Origin: Takakia lepidozioides
Lineage: Eukaryota; Plantae; Bryophyta
Direction: 5' to 3'
DNA: 64,000 nt
NCBI GenBank assembly: GCA_030704615.1
Contig: CM060732.1
Coordinates: 19,530,001 to 19,594,000 of the forward strand
The notes under the pieces are model-generated. The model made no database searches. It saw only the letters and a program-made list of their open reading frames with translations, and had not been told where the DNA came from. Positions 25,347-37,226 of this stretch are shown in pieces. How positions within the stretch are numbered: position 1 is the first letter of the stretch; each line of letters begins with the position of its first letter. The translations under genes were made by a program, and so were the position numbers.

Positions 25347-27281
25347 CAACGACGCAATGGCGTGAGCGTTGCGCATGAGCGCGCGAGCGTACGCTCACGC
25401 AGGAAGTGACGTGGCGTGTAGCCTGCACCATGCTGGCGTGGCGTGAGCGTCATGTCAGCATGCTGATGTGGCGGTAAATGATGACGTGTCACTGTCCGTC
25501 ATCTGCCACGTCAGCATTAACATGCCCGCCTATAACCGGATGGTGGTCCTATGACCGTGGATTAATGCAGGGAATGTTTGCCTAAATAGAATCAAGACGA
25601 GCGTTGAGGCCTACAATTGTGCAGCATCCAACATTGTGCAATTACAAATGCTTGTTTCACTTTTACAAAATTACGAGGACGAAAAATATCCTCACAACAG
25701 TGTGCACCATAAAGGCTGCCACGGGAAGACCTTCTCCCTCCTCAAATAACAATGAGAGTTAGGATCATCTTCAAAAGATGATTGTAGTGCATAGCGACAG
25801 CAAGACATGTAGACTTCGAACGGTGCAATGACAAATGTGCACTACCTAAAAGTTGTCACTCAGAGCTCACTCCGTATAGTTGGAGGCCATATCATTGCCC
25901 GCCGACGAATGATGTGAATTACACATTTCAAATCATGGTCGTCCACATACCACATTGCATAGTTGATGCTACCATGTGTTGTATCCCGCTGCAAAAGAGT
26001 ATCGACCTCGTTGAAACTCATAGTGGCCTGGTGAATGAAGTTGTCACGTTTGGGATCGCAAACCATCCTCTTCAAAATATGAAATACAAATGTTTGCAGG
26101 GTATGAATTTACCTCTCTTGCCCAACTGGTTGATAGCATATTCACAAAATCAGGACATGTGCAATTGGGGAAATTGGAACCACCGTGATGTCGTAGGTCC
26201 TGTCATGAATAGCAAATGTGGAAGTGATGATTGTGAATACCCGACCATATCCTGGATCGGGTACTTCCGTGGTGCTTCCAACACGAGCTTAGAGCATTCT
26301 TGCGGACTCCACTTTGCCAAGTGTTCAGCGGTTGGAGGGAACGCCGAACGAGCTTTCCATCTCGTTTGGTTGGCCACAAGTCAGGATTTGCCAGGGGGAC
26401 CGGAGGACGCAGAAGTAGTAGCACATGCATGGAGTTGGGGTTGTCTCGCAAGGGAAAAACCTGCCTCCTCCAACATTTTCAATCTCCTGAAAGCTGAGAT
26501 GTGTTCCTACCTTCACGGGCCCCAACGGTTGGAGGAGATGGCTTCATCACTACGGAAGGACGCACAGTTCCATGCACACATCTGGCACAATCATCTGCGC
26601 AGAACCAGAACTTGTGGTTTTCTGGCTTCTGGTTGACCGTATGGACGCATCAAGCCCGTGAAAGTCGGAGCAAAGAGTTCGGGCACCACCTCTGGATATA
26701 GATGAAGTGCACTTCTCGAATTAGTTGCCCTGATCGCTGTACATTTCACACGAGACCCTACATTTGTGCGTTCTATGTACCAAACGTGGTCGGGGCATGT
26801 GGACTCAAGCACATCAGGGGGTTGTTTCTCTCCTGCACACCATTTCAGTGGCAACTGTTTGATGCTGGAGCTTGCCGTCGTGTTTGGAGGTCCCTCCACA
26901 ATGGAGGTTCCGGACATGGAGCTGTCATGCAGGGGAACACGAGCTTCGAGAAGTTATCACGGTCTGCCCTGTGGGAATCTGAATCCGAACCAGGTGGAGT
27001 GTTCAATTTCCTCTTACAGGAGCCGAATCTCTCCTCCCCTTGAAGATGTGGAACTCTAGAAACAAGTGGTATTCCCTGGGCATACATGCTCACCGCCCGT
27101 GCTATCTTGATTGGATCCCCATTCTGTTTGCACAGCACGCAACATCAACTCAACTCCCCTTTTGTCCGACCCTTGCCACCACCCCCTCGTAAGAAATCAC
27201 GGTATCGGGTTTGTTGTTGCAAGGCACGTATCAAATCATCTGTTGTTGCCACATACAAATCCCGACCTCGTTTCCTAGACT
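25347..27281 (-). mobile_element. 3' part of a MULE-like element with SWIM zinc finger and GC-rich terminal region
   Basis: KRGRDLYVATTDDLIRALQQQTRY, and a C-x-C...GKRGKFIPCKHLYFI SWIM pattern across frameshifts. The terminus at 25347-25520 is rich in TGACGTGG/GCGTGAGCG motifs. The junction with host repeat sequence at 25346 was defined by comparison with 28400-28420. Confidence 0.65.
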
Positions 27282-27460
27282 GCTTTATTACATCTGCGGA
27301 AAGCTCAAAGAGCTTATGGGACAAAATGAAAAACACAATTAAAAGCAGGCCCAAAAACTACTGCTGCTCTGGGGATTGCCTAAGGGTCAAGGCCACGTGC
27401 AAGTAAGCTGCCAAGCAGTTTTGATCCTCATAATGCAAGACTTCAGTGAGTTCCACGGAA
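27281..27460 (-). mobile_element. 3' end of the intron-1 LINE family (tail lost)
   Basis: Matches 37741-37915 (ORF2 end YEDQ.CLAAYLH, plus the AAGCTC-NNN-GAGCTT hairpin). Confidence 0.8.
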
Positions 27461-28410
27461 TAGACCATCTACCCATGGAGGTTTCGTTAGTTATTGATCC
27501 ACAGGGAATCATAGGTAATCTTGTGCTTGAAATTTGGCCCTCTAGTATGAATCTGGACCACACTCTATCCCTGCTCCTTCAGCTATCCATGCCCTTGCAC
27601 AAATCATGCATTCATCATTGCCTTGCTACTAGTAGCTGACAATGACAACCTACATTTGTTCTAGGAAACACCCAACTCAACTTATCACACTAGTTCCTAT
27701 TGCTCAATTGCGTCTGCTACTCTCTGAAATGTAGCAGGCATTCACCTTTTTGCCTCGTTTGTCCCATCATTGACTGGGGGCAGAAAGTATTCATTCCACA
27801 GCTTCTCCTCATGTCTGTTACTGTGTTTTTGATACTTTCCCTTTTCACTAGCAGTATCATGTCAAAGTCACTCCAAACTAGATTCACTCAACCAGCTAAC
27901 TTGCAGAATTCAACATGGAAATTTTGGGCCGATTCTGATAGAGGGAAAATAGGGTGAAATGTGTTGAAGAAGATGCCTTCATTAACAATGTCTGATTTTA
28001 TCAATTGTGCCGTTGCTGCCAGTTGACCATCTACCCATGCAGGTTTCTTGTAGCTTCATAGTTAATCTGGAGCTTGAAGTCCGGCCCTCTTGGGTTGAAT
28101 CTGCACCCACACTCTATCCTTGCTCCTTCAGCTATCCATGCCTCGCACGAATCATGCATACAACTTTGTCTTGTTGCTAGCAGTTGACGATGACAGCCTA
28201 GACTTGTTCTAGGAAGCACCCAACTCAACTTATCACACTAGTTTCCTACGCTCAATTGCATCTGCTGCTACTCTCTATAATCCAACAAACATTCACCTTC
28301 TTGCCTCGATTGTCCCACCATTGACTGGGGTAAGAAAAGTATTCATTCCACAACTTCTCCTCGTCTGTGTTACCTGTTCTTCTGATACTTTCCTGTTGTC
28401 ACATTGGCAG
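27460..28410 (-). pseudogene. Two tandem copies of an OSB-type PDF-motif exon pair
   Basis: Exon 28392-28297 encodes EEKLWNEYFSYPSQWWDNRGKK, followed by a GT..AG intron and an exon from 28100 encoding (fs)NPRGPDFK...KPAWVDGQL. The second copy has IHTRGPNFKHKITYDSLWIN..KPPWVDG. This matches the W..FF..P..WWDNR..K.NP..PDFKHK.T...LW...P.WV PDF consensus. Confidence 0.8.
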
Positions 28411-28559
28411 AATCATGTCAAAGTCACTCCAAACTATCAAAGCTTCACTCAACCAGCTAACTTGTAGAATTCAGACATGAATAAATAGGGGCGATTCTGA
28501 TAAGAGAGGAAAACAAGGTGAAATTGAAGAAGATGCCTTCATTAGCAGTCATTACACTC

Positions 28560-28710
28560 TATCCTTCGCTCAGCCATATTGTTTAAACCTCCCTGTCCAC
28601 AAGGTTTGTTCAGAATGACGCCTCTGCCACAATTCCAGCTTTCACGATGCAACCATGGACCTCTTTGCCTCTCCCCAGCAGGCTCGCACATGCACTACAA
28701 ACGCAACAAA
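28560..28710 (-). pseudogene. PLS PPR fragment
   Basis: CVCSACASLLGRGKEVHGCIVKAGIV; paralogous to 31460-31610. Confidence 0.75.
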
Positions 28711-31289
28711 ACTGGTTGTGGCAAACTGGGAGCAATATGTATCAGAAAAAACCACTGATACAAATCTACAGCTTGCAGGCTGTCTCTATTCTCAAAATTG
28801 GTAGCACATCACCTGCTGCTATGACATATATTGCCCTAAACACACATTGCCCTAATTGCCATCCCCCAAGATGCTACCCCCACCAGACTTCTCTCACTTG
28901 GGTCCTTGCAAGGTTGACTTCCAGCTTTGACTCTGTGCGTGGGGCCTATCAGACAACATATACCAGCAAGCCCTCCCCCTATCCTGCATCAACTCATCTC
29001 AGTCTTATCAACTGCACAACGTGTGATGGGAGTGAGTGCAACATGGGAAAGAGCCACACACATGATGAGCTGTAGGGAAGAAGCGACATCGTGCAAGTAA
29101 AGCAAATTCTTGATCAGAAAGACGATGCAACATGAGAAAAGGGAAAATGGGGTCCAAGGGCTGAGAGGTCAACTGGTCACGAACAATAGGAACTGGCTTC
29201 TGGAGCATATGTTGATGATGAAAGGGAGCGCAAATACAATGTGGGGCCTCGCAACAAAGTGCATGCCAACGAGGTCGAATAGTTGCAAGAAGACTCCACG
29301 GATGGTGGGCAGCCAAGGGCATGCGTGAGACAAGACACTCATGCGAGGGAGCTGGCCAGACAAACATTGAATGATACCACGGAGAAAAAGGAAATCAAAA
29401 GATCAACTACGAGGAAAAGTAGCAATTCAGGCATGGGAGCTGCTGCTAAAACATGAGGAGGAAGACATACGAGGTGAAGCATCAAGGGAACCAGTAGAAG
29501 ATGAGGAAGATGGAGCACACTTTCCTGTCAAAGGTTGGCGGTCGAAGAATGCAACCCAGCAATCAGAAAGTGAGGCACCCGAGGCTGGACTGCTGCAAAG
29601 AGGTACAAAGACAGGTGCTGAGAATGAGATGTTGCCTTTCATTGAAGTTCCCCACACAAGGGTTGTTTGGCAAGCAAAACCCCAGGCAAGGATGAGAGGT
29701 GAATCTGGGATAAAACCAGCAGCTGGGAGTAAGGAAAGACACAAGGAAGGGCAGCAATACCTTGTCAAATCTGAGGGTGATGGCTGGAGAAAATTAAACA
29801 ATGACTGGAAGTATGGGAGCAGCAATCACATGAAGAAAAATCTGCGTGAGAGGCTGAAGAGTGAAAGGGAGGAAGACAGGCACCTCGCTTATGAAAAGTG
29901 GAAGGGCAGGGTAGAAAACCTGATGCTTGAAACTAATGGGAGCTCGTGGGAGACTCTGAAGACTTCAATCAGCTGCTGCCAACAATCGGACCAGTGAAAG
30001 ATCGCACCACGAATTAAATGCAGCCCTGATAGCATGGTGAGTGGGGCACCAACAGAGCCAGAAAATGAGGGAGAAGGAGGAGACTTCCCTGCCAAGAAAG
30101 TCAATGACGGGCCTGCAATGGCATGCAAGGAAAGGGACACCGTAAGTGTTGCCAACAGATGCAAATCAGTGCTCATTCATTCGAAAGCACCATGGGAGAT
30201 GAAGGAAAAGACACCTACAGGGACGTTGAAGCATAAAAGAGGAGAGCACTTCACTTGGGAAGAAAGTGAAGCATTGGAGAACGAGGCTGATGACTGGCAG
30301 TCTGAAAAGGAAAGGCGGTTGTGGGAAACCCTGCCAAGACAACCATATGGAGAGAATCAAGCAGGTGGGAACTGCCCTTCATTGGGGTGGTGCAAACAAG
30401 AGCAAGACCAAAAGCTGAACCACTTGAGAAGATAGTGTGTCATCACAGATGGAGACCCTGGAAAATGCTCTGCCCAGGAGATGAAGAAACATGGGGGGCT
30501 GAATATGCTCTGCAGTCAACTTGGCTTGTTGAATGCTTGCATAAGAGATGAGGGGTTGCTGTCAGTACACGGCATTGAGTTCATCAAATCCTACAACAGC
30601 CCACCATCGCTGCCCACTGCTTACAAACTGCCACAAAAATAGTTTCACAGGACTTACAGATGATTGGTGGAAGGCAAGGCCCCTCGCCTTGGGCCAGATT
30701 AATTGTATGTTGCAGCCCAGAACAACGACGGGAAGTCATCTAAGGCAGCAAACCCCATCTTGGCAGCGTCTTTTGTATGAGAGAAGTCAAGCTGAACCTG
30801 CTCACCATATCGAGTGGGATGGACCAGATGTAAAGCTGCCAAACCAACTACACTCATATTTGCACTCAAGCAACATAAGCTGGAGCCATTTTCAGGTGAG
30901 TACCCGTGTTTTAAGAATACTCCTTCTTCAACTTGCGGTGAACGGGCAGAAAACTTCACAATGTGCAGCAGATTAATGGACCAAGATGCGGAGCTGAATT
31001 GGGTATCCAGTTGGGCAATGCTAGTTTCAAAACCCCGTTCCATCCATGCGTTTCGAAGATCTGGCTTGAATGGGCACACTCCGACAGTGGAAGGCTCACG
31101 GAGTAATGATTTTGGGCTGATATGCATGCTGACATGCCATGCCGGTGCAAATAACAGCGTTCTGAGTGGTGATTGTGATCTCAAAATCTGCCCTAGCATT
31201 CAAGCTGATTTCTCTCTCGAGCAGAGCCGCCTTGTGGATGTTCCAGCCAGTGTCCAAAAACAGCTCAAGTGCAAGACAACAACATCAGC

Positions 31290-32150
31290 AAGGCATGGTT
31301 AGCTAAGCAAGGTCATGGTGGAGAGGCATTTGAACTCTCTGAACGTAATGTGGTCGGACTTCACCCCCTCCCACATCAACTGCTCATAGGTATCCAAAAC
31401 CTGCAATCCCCGCCCATGTTGTGCATGTCCTGCGATCATCACTTTCCACGACACCACATTTCGCAGCCATATTGTTGAACACTCCCTATCGAGAAGGGTA
31501 TTCATGTTCATAATGGCATCTACCACAATTCTAGCTTTGACGATGCAACCATGGACCTCTTTGCCCTTCTCCAACAGGCTCGCACATGCACTACAAACAC
31601 AAACAAACGTAATGTGCTCGGGCTTCACCCCCTAGACCCACATCATTTGCTCATAGGTCTCCAAAACCCGCAATCCCCACCCATGTTGTGCATGTCCTGC
31701 GATCATCACGTTCCACCACACCACATTTCGCTCAGCCATATTGTTGAACACTCCTTGTCCACAAGGGAATGCTCCCACCTTTGGCATACATGTCGACGAG
31801 GTATTGTTACATCTGGTACAGTTCCAGCTTTGACGATGTCACGATGGACCTCTTTGCCCTTTACCAAGTCTCCAGGGCTGCCAGGTTTGCACATGCATTG
31901 CAAACACAAATGAACGTGACCCGGTCAGGCTGCACCCCTTCTCGCAACATTTGCTCATATGTCTCCAATGCCCTCATCCCGCACACATATTGGCCATATC
32001 TTGCGAGATTCGGCGTGTTCCTTGAGACAACATCTCGTTCAGCCATGTTATTAAACTCTCCCTTCGCAACTTCATAGGTCTCCAAAGCCTCCATCCCACA
32101 TCCCTGTTGTGCATACCCTACAAGCATCGCACTCCACGACACTACATCTC
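31290..32150 (-). pseudogene. PLS PPR pseudogene fragment
   Basis: Same PLS motifs with multiple indels. Confidence 0.85.
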
Positions 32151-33009
32151 GGCAAAACAGGCTGAAATAGCTCGAAGAAGAAGGTGCCCTCACCACATTG
32201 TCCTCTACCTTGTGTCATGACCCATTGCGGATTAGACTGACCATGAACCCAAGAAGACCTCTTGTGCGTGCTGCTTGTATCTGTAGTCAGGTAATGTGGG
32301 ATTGGTTCGTAAGAACCACCACGGTGCAGCTGAGTGGGCAGAGATTAAAATATGGGCTGCTAAGACCAAGCTGATTCCCCCAAGAACCTTGTGATCATCA
32401 AGAAGAATACCAAATCATGGTACAAAGGGGAGCCAAGAGCCCACATTTGCACAGAATGCGCCCTTGACGCCATAAACGCTTGCAACAACAGGACATGGGC
32501 CTCAATTTGGTCTTCGTCCTTCTCGCATCACTTGCTCGTCTCTCTCTCAAGCCTCCATCCCTCTCCCAACACTTAGACAAATTCAGGCAAAGGACAAAGT
32601 TACTCTTCCACCCTTAGATCATTTTACATCCGATGATTAGAACAATCTCTACGAGCCACACAAGCCCTAAAATACATTAAAATATTCCACGTCATGAGCC
32701 ATGTGGAGCACTTATAAAGATTCCATTTTTGAATAGGGTGTGCAATGAATGCCTAGTTGTTAAGAGTCGTTCTCTAGTGCTTAAAACCACTCGTAATTGT
32801 TGTTTAAAAATAAATAAAAATTACGTAATTGAATTAAATCGCCGCGAATATTGCCCCGACTGCGGAGTCATTGATGCAACTTCTATCCGCCATTAGAAAT
32901 GCGAATTTATCCGTTACGACTGTGCAGTAGTAACAAACATCTCAAAGTTGTTCCCTCAGTGGTTTTGGACATGCAGTCGATTCGGAAAAGACACGAATGC
33001 TTCTAGTGC

Positions 33010-34760
33010 CTGCAGCATAGATGTTTGATAGCAACACATAAGTCGCGGCATCCTGTTCATCCCACTTGAGGATAGATGTTGCCGCACGTTAAGCCATCTC
33101 CACATTGCCATGGATTCTGCAGGCACCAAGCAAGGCCTTCCACACCACAACATCTGGATTGATTGGCATTTTATTAATCAAGTCCACTGCCTCATCCAGT
33201 TGTCCCGCACGTCCAAGAAGGTCCACCATGCAGCCAAAATGCTTTACTGTTGGAGTAACACCATGATCTTGACTCAGGGAATCGAAGTAGCGTCTTCCTT
33301 CATTAAGTAGGCCAGTGTGGCTGCATGCAGAGAGAACACATATAAAGCTGATACCGTCCGGCTTCAAGCCGTTCTTTTACATTCCTTCAAATAGTTGCAG
33401 GACCTCCTTATGACAACCATGCTGTGGGCATATCCTGCGATCATCGCATTCCACGACACCACATTTCGTTCAGTCACATTGTCAAATTCTCCCTCTGCAT
33501 CCTCAATGCACTGCTTCCCCCATCATTTGCTCATAGTTCTCCAAGTCCTCCATCCCACGCCCCTGCTGTGCCTATCCTACAAGCATGGCATTCCATGACA
33601 CCATCGTTCAGCCATATTGTTGAACACTCCCTCCGCATCCTCAATGCTCCCACATTTGGCATACATGTCCACGAGGGTATTGTCTAGAATCACATCTGGT
33701 ACAATTCCAGCTTTGGCGATGCAACCATGCACCTCTTTGCCCTTTTCCAGGGCTGCCAGGCTTGCACACGCACTACAAACGCACACAAACGTGATGTGGT
33801 CGGGCTTCACCCCTTCCCCCATCATTTGCTCATAGGTCTCCAAAGCCTCCATCCCACGCCCCTGCTGTGCATATCCTGCAATTACCGCACTCCACGACAC
33901 CAAATCTCGTTTAGCCATACTGTCGAACACTCCCTTTGCATCCTCGATGCACTCACATTTGACATACCTGTCCAGCAGGGCAGTGTTCAGGATGACATCT
34001 GGTACAAATCCAGCTTTGACGATGTCACCATGGACCTCTTTACACCTTTCCAGGGCTGCCAGGCTTGCACACGCATTGCAAATGCAAACAAACGTTATGC
34101 GGCACATCAATTGCTCATAGGTCTCCACAGGCACCATCCCGCCCCTTGCTGTGCATATCCTGCAATCATCGCACTCCACGACACCACATCTCGTTCAGCC
34201 ATACAGTCGAAAACTCCCTTTGCATCCTCGATGCACTCATATTTGACATACATGTCCAGCAGGGCAGTGTTCAGGATGACATCTGGTACAAATCCAGCTT
34301 TGACGATGTCACCATGGACCTCTTTGCACCTTTCCAGGGCTGCCAGGCTTGCACACGCATTGCAAATGCAAACAAACGTTATGCAGCACATCATTTGCTC
34401 ATAGGTCTCCGAAGCCTCCATCCCGCGCCCTTGCTGTGCATATCTTGCAATCATCGCCCTCCACGAAACCACATCTCGTTCAGCCATATTGTCGAAAACT
34501 CCCTTCATACATGTCCACGAGGGTATTGTTCAGAATGACACTTGGTACAATTGCAGCTCTGACAATGTCGCCATGGACCTCTTCGCCCTTTTCCAGAGCT
34601 ACCAGGCTGGCACACACATCGCAAATGCACACAAATGTGATGTGGTCGGGCTTCCCTGCACAGCAAGGACGTGGTATGAAGGCTTGGAGACCTATGATCA
34701 AATGATGGGGGAAGGGCAAGCATCGTCTTCCATGACACCACATCTCATTCAGCCATAGTG
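33010..34760 (-). pseudogene. PLS-E class PPR pseudogene (RNA-editing-factor type, no DYW)
   Basis: PLS triplets followed by SFICVLSACSHTGLLNEG, HFGCMVDLLGRAGQLDEA, VWKALLGACRIHGNVEMA*RAA...YVLLSNIYA. In-frame TAA at 33089-33091 and several frameshifts. Confidence 0.9.
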
Positions 34761-36755
34761 TTCCAAGATTCCATTTTGGCTATCCAGCTGCACTCGTATT
34801 GCTTGCGGAAGATATGAGTTCAAAACTTCCAAAACTCTGATTATCAAGCATCAACTGTGGATTTATGAAGTTAAAGAGACCGAAAGCTTCTTACATATGT
34901 TGGTGGAACGTCATAAAATATGGTAAGAGTATCTCCATGTCCCTCTTATCACCGTCACCTCAATGCTCTCTACTGACTAGTTGAGGTTGAGTCAGCATAG
35001 TTATCCTCTCTCTCGGAAGACAAGGCCGACGAAAAGGAACGGAAAAAGGAGAGGTCGTGTACTCATGTACGCACATTAACACCTTTGCATGGAAAAACTA
35101 GGCTTCCAATTGCAAACGGCGCTTCCATCATTATGTGTCAGGAGACACCAATCAACAAACTCTAGCAACTTGCTGCAAATAAATCGGCGATGGAGATGGT
35201 CATTTAGCCACCAAGTTTTCACATCGACAGATGCTGGAAGTCAATTCTACATTCAACATATGAGATGGTCAGTCTTGAGTTATAAGTTACTCTCTTTTTC
35301 TCTAGTTCGTACAACAGAAAGAGTGCCACATCTGTAGCAATTTGTCATTTCACTACTTACCAAGTTTTCACATGGCCATGACTTAGCTACATGTCCTCTC
35401 AGTTACCTACACGCAGACCGCATATGTTTCGTCTTGGGAACTGCAAGGGAACGAGATCCTGGGATCGGGATGAACGTTCCTGACTTAGCGGCGACCTAAG
35501 CGCATACTTCGATCACTCCCGTCCATCACCTTGGATGAGAAAGTCGATTTAGATGACAACAGGTTTTCCGTCGGATGCGGAGACCTGGATGAGCGTTACG
35601 AGGGCTGGGATTGTGGAATCTCAGCCGTCAAACGCGTAACGAGATGAACGATTCGGCGATCGCAGCCGTTAAGGGAGGGGGTCGGTATGCCGCAACTGTA
35701 GGCGCATAAGTTCCAACACAGAGGGGGAACTCTTTCCCTCCATCTTGTGTTTAAACGTTTGTGATGGACTTGCGATCATGCAACCCTGCTCCTTGATCCG
35801 AGGGCCGCATCATAGCAGAGAATTCAATGTCTGAAGGCATTGTTGTGTGCAGGGAGGTTTTGATGAGGGGATGGGAATGTCTTCTGGAGTCGGGGTGGCA
35901 AAAAATGCCTTCTGCCGTTTTTGGGAGCCGCAACTGCAGGTATGGCCGTGTATTCCAAGTGGTTGAATGTCTGTAAGTATTCTTGCCCCAACTTGTCGTA
36001 CAACAGGGTTTTCGAAATATGGCACCATGCCTTTCCCTGTCGGATATCAATGCAGGTTCTGTATGGCTGATCTGGTGTTGCGGAATGCAAGTTTCGAGTA
36101 TCGACCATTGGAGTGAATCCGCATGTTTAGCAAATCTGTTGTGTTTCGGTTTTTTTTGATCAATTTGCAATAATATGTGCAAATTGACTGCCATTCTTGG
36201 ATATTGTTTTGATCATTGCTAGCCTAATCTGAATCTTCTGAAATTTCTGGATAGTAGATCGAGAGTTTTTTAGCCTTATCACATTATTGAATTTTGGTCG
36301 TGTGAGGTACTGCCGCCAAGTTTCATGCTCCAGGACTTTGGGACCAACCCCTTGTCTGCACACCGTCATCACAACAAAATGTGTGGCTGCTTAGTCTATT
36401 GAGATTCTAGTGATAGGGATTCTTTTGTCCAATTGCCGCTCAACTCGTATTTCCCGGCCCTCCACAGCACATATTAAAGCCGGGAAGTAGAGGCTATCGA
36501 GACACCGGAGCGCTAAGTAAGGGTTCCCTCTATGCTCAAAGGCTGCCGCACAAGTGGGGCTCGAAATTGTTTGATCCTGGCATTTTCAAATTACCAACAA
36601 GCGGTCTTTGTGACGTTATATCACAAGCATTCTCCAAGAACACAAACAGGGGGACTCATACCACCAAATCAAACAGTTACTCACTTGCATTGTAGTCGAG
36701 GATGAGCTGTGTGCTCATCGATCAGTAAGCACCACAAAGATGTAGCTGCATAGGA

Positions 36756-36784
36756 GAAATGAAATGAAATGGTGCTTTATAACG
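36756..36784 (-). mobile_element. Ultra-short 3' tail of the LINE family
   Basis: Minus strand reads CGTTATAAAGCACC(ATTTC)3. Confidence 0.7.
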
Positions 36785-37060
36785 GAGATAAAGAAAGAGG
36801 AGGGGGCTGGTGGCTTGGAGTATTAAAGAAGTTAGATGGCCTTGTAAGGTGGGAACATTTTAGCAGGGGTCAACAGAGAGTGAACAACTGTGGTCTCTTG
36901 GCATTGTGGCCTACCGGGGTCAACCTTACCAGAGGCAAAACCTGAAAACCCTACAATTCAGAATGGGCAAACAGATGAGGAAGTCATAAGCTCCTTGATT
37001 TGCTCTTGATGTGGAAAAATGGGTAATTTGGTTTCCCGGACACAAGAAGTTTCTTTCTTT

Positions 37061-37112
37061 AAGCTCTTTGAGCTATCTGCGGAGGTTATAAAGTACCATT
37101 TCATCTCATTTC
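37061..37112 (+). mobile_element. Short 3' tail of the LINE family
   Basis: AAGCTCTTTGAGCTATCTGCGGAGGTTATAAAGTACCATTTCATCTCATTTC. Confidence 0.7.
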
Positions 37113-37226
37113 TTTATCTTTCTCCCTTTCATTTCCCTTTAAACTCTTCCCACATGAAGATGAAATTCATGATTGATGGCTGGTGATGGGCACAGGGGGT
37201 AGTGGAGGGGGAAAGAGAATCCAAGG

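Noticed and set aside
19790-27285. A single clean inversion splitting one MULE
   Set aside because: PDF and PPR repeats inside and outside the interval share the same orientation, which a simple inversion would not preserve.
33089-33091. Stop codon repaired by U-to-C RNA editing
   Set aside because: This is a nuclear locus, the expected residue is Glu (GAA to TAA), and the gene has many frameshifts.
33727-34538. Long + strand ORFs over the PPR blocks
   Set aside because: Antisense shadows of the repetitive PPR sequence.
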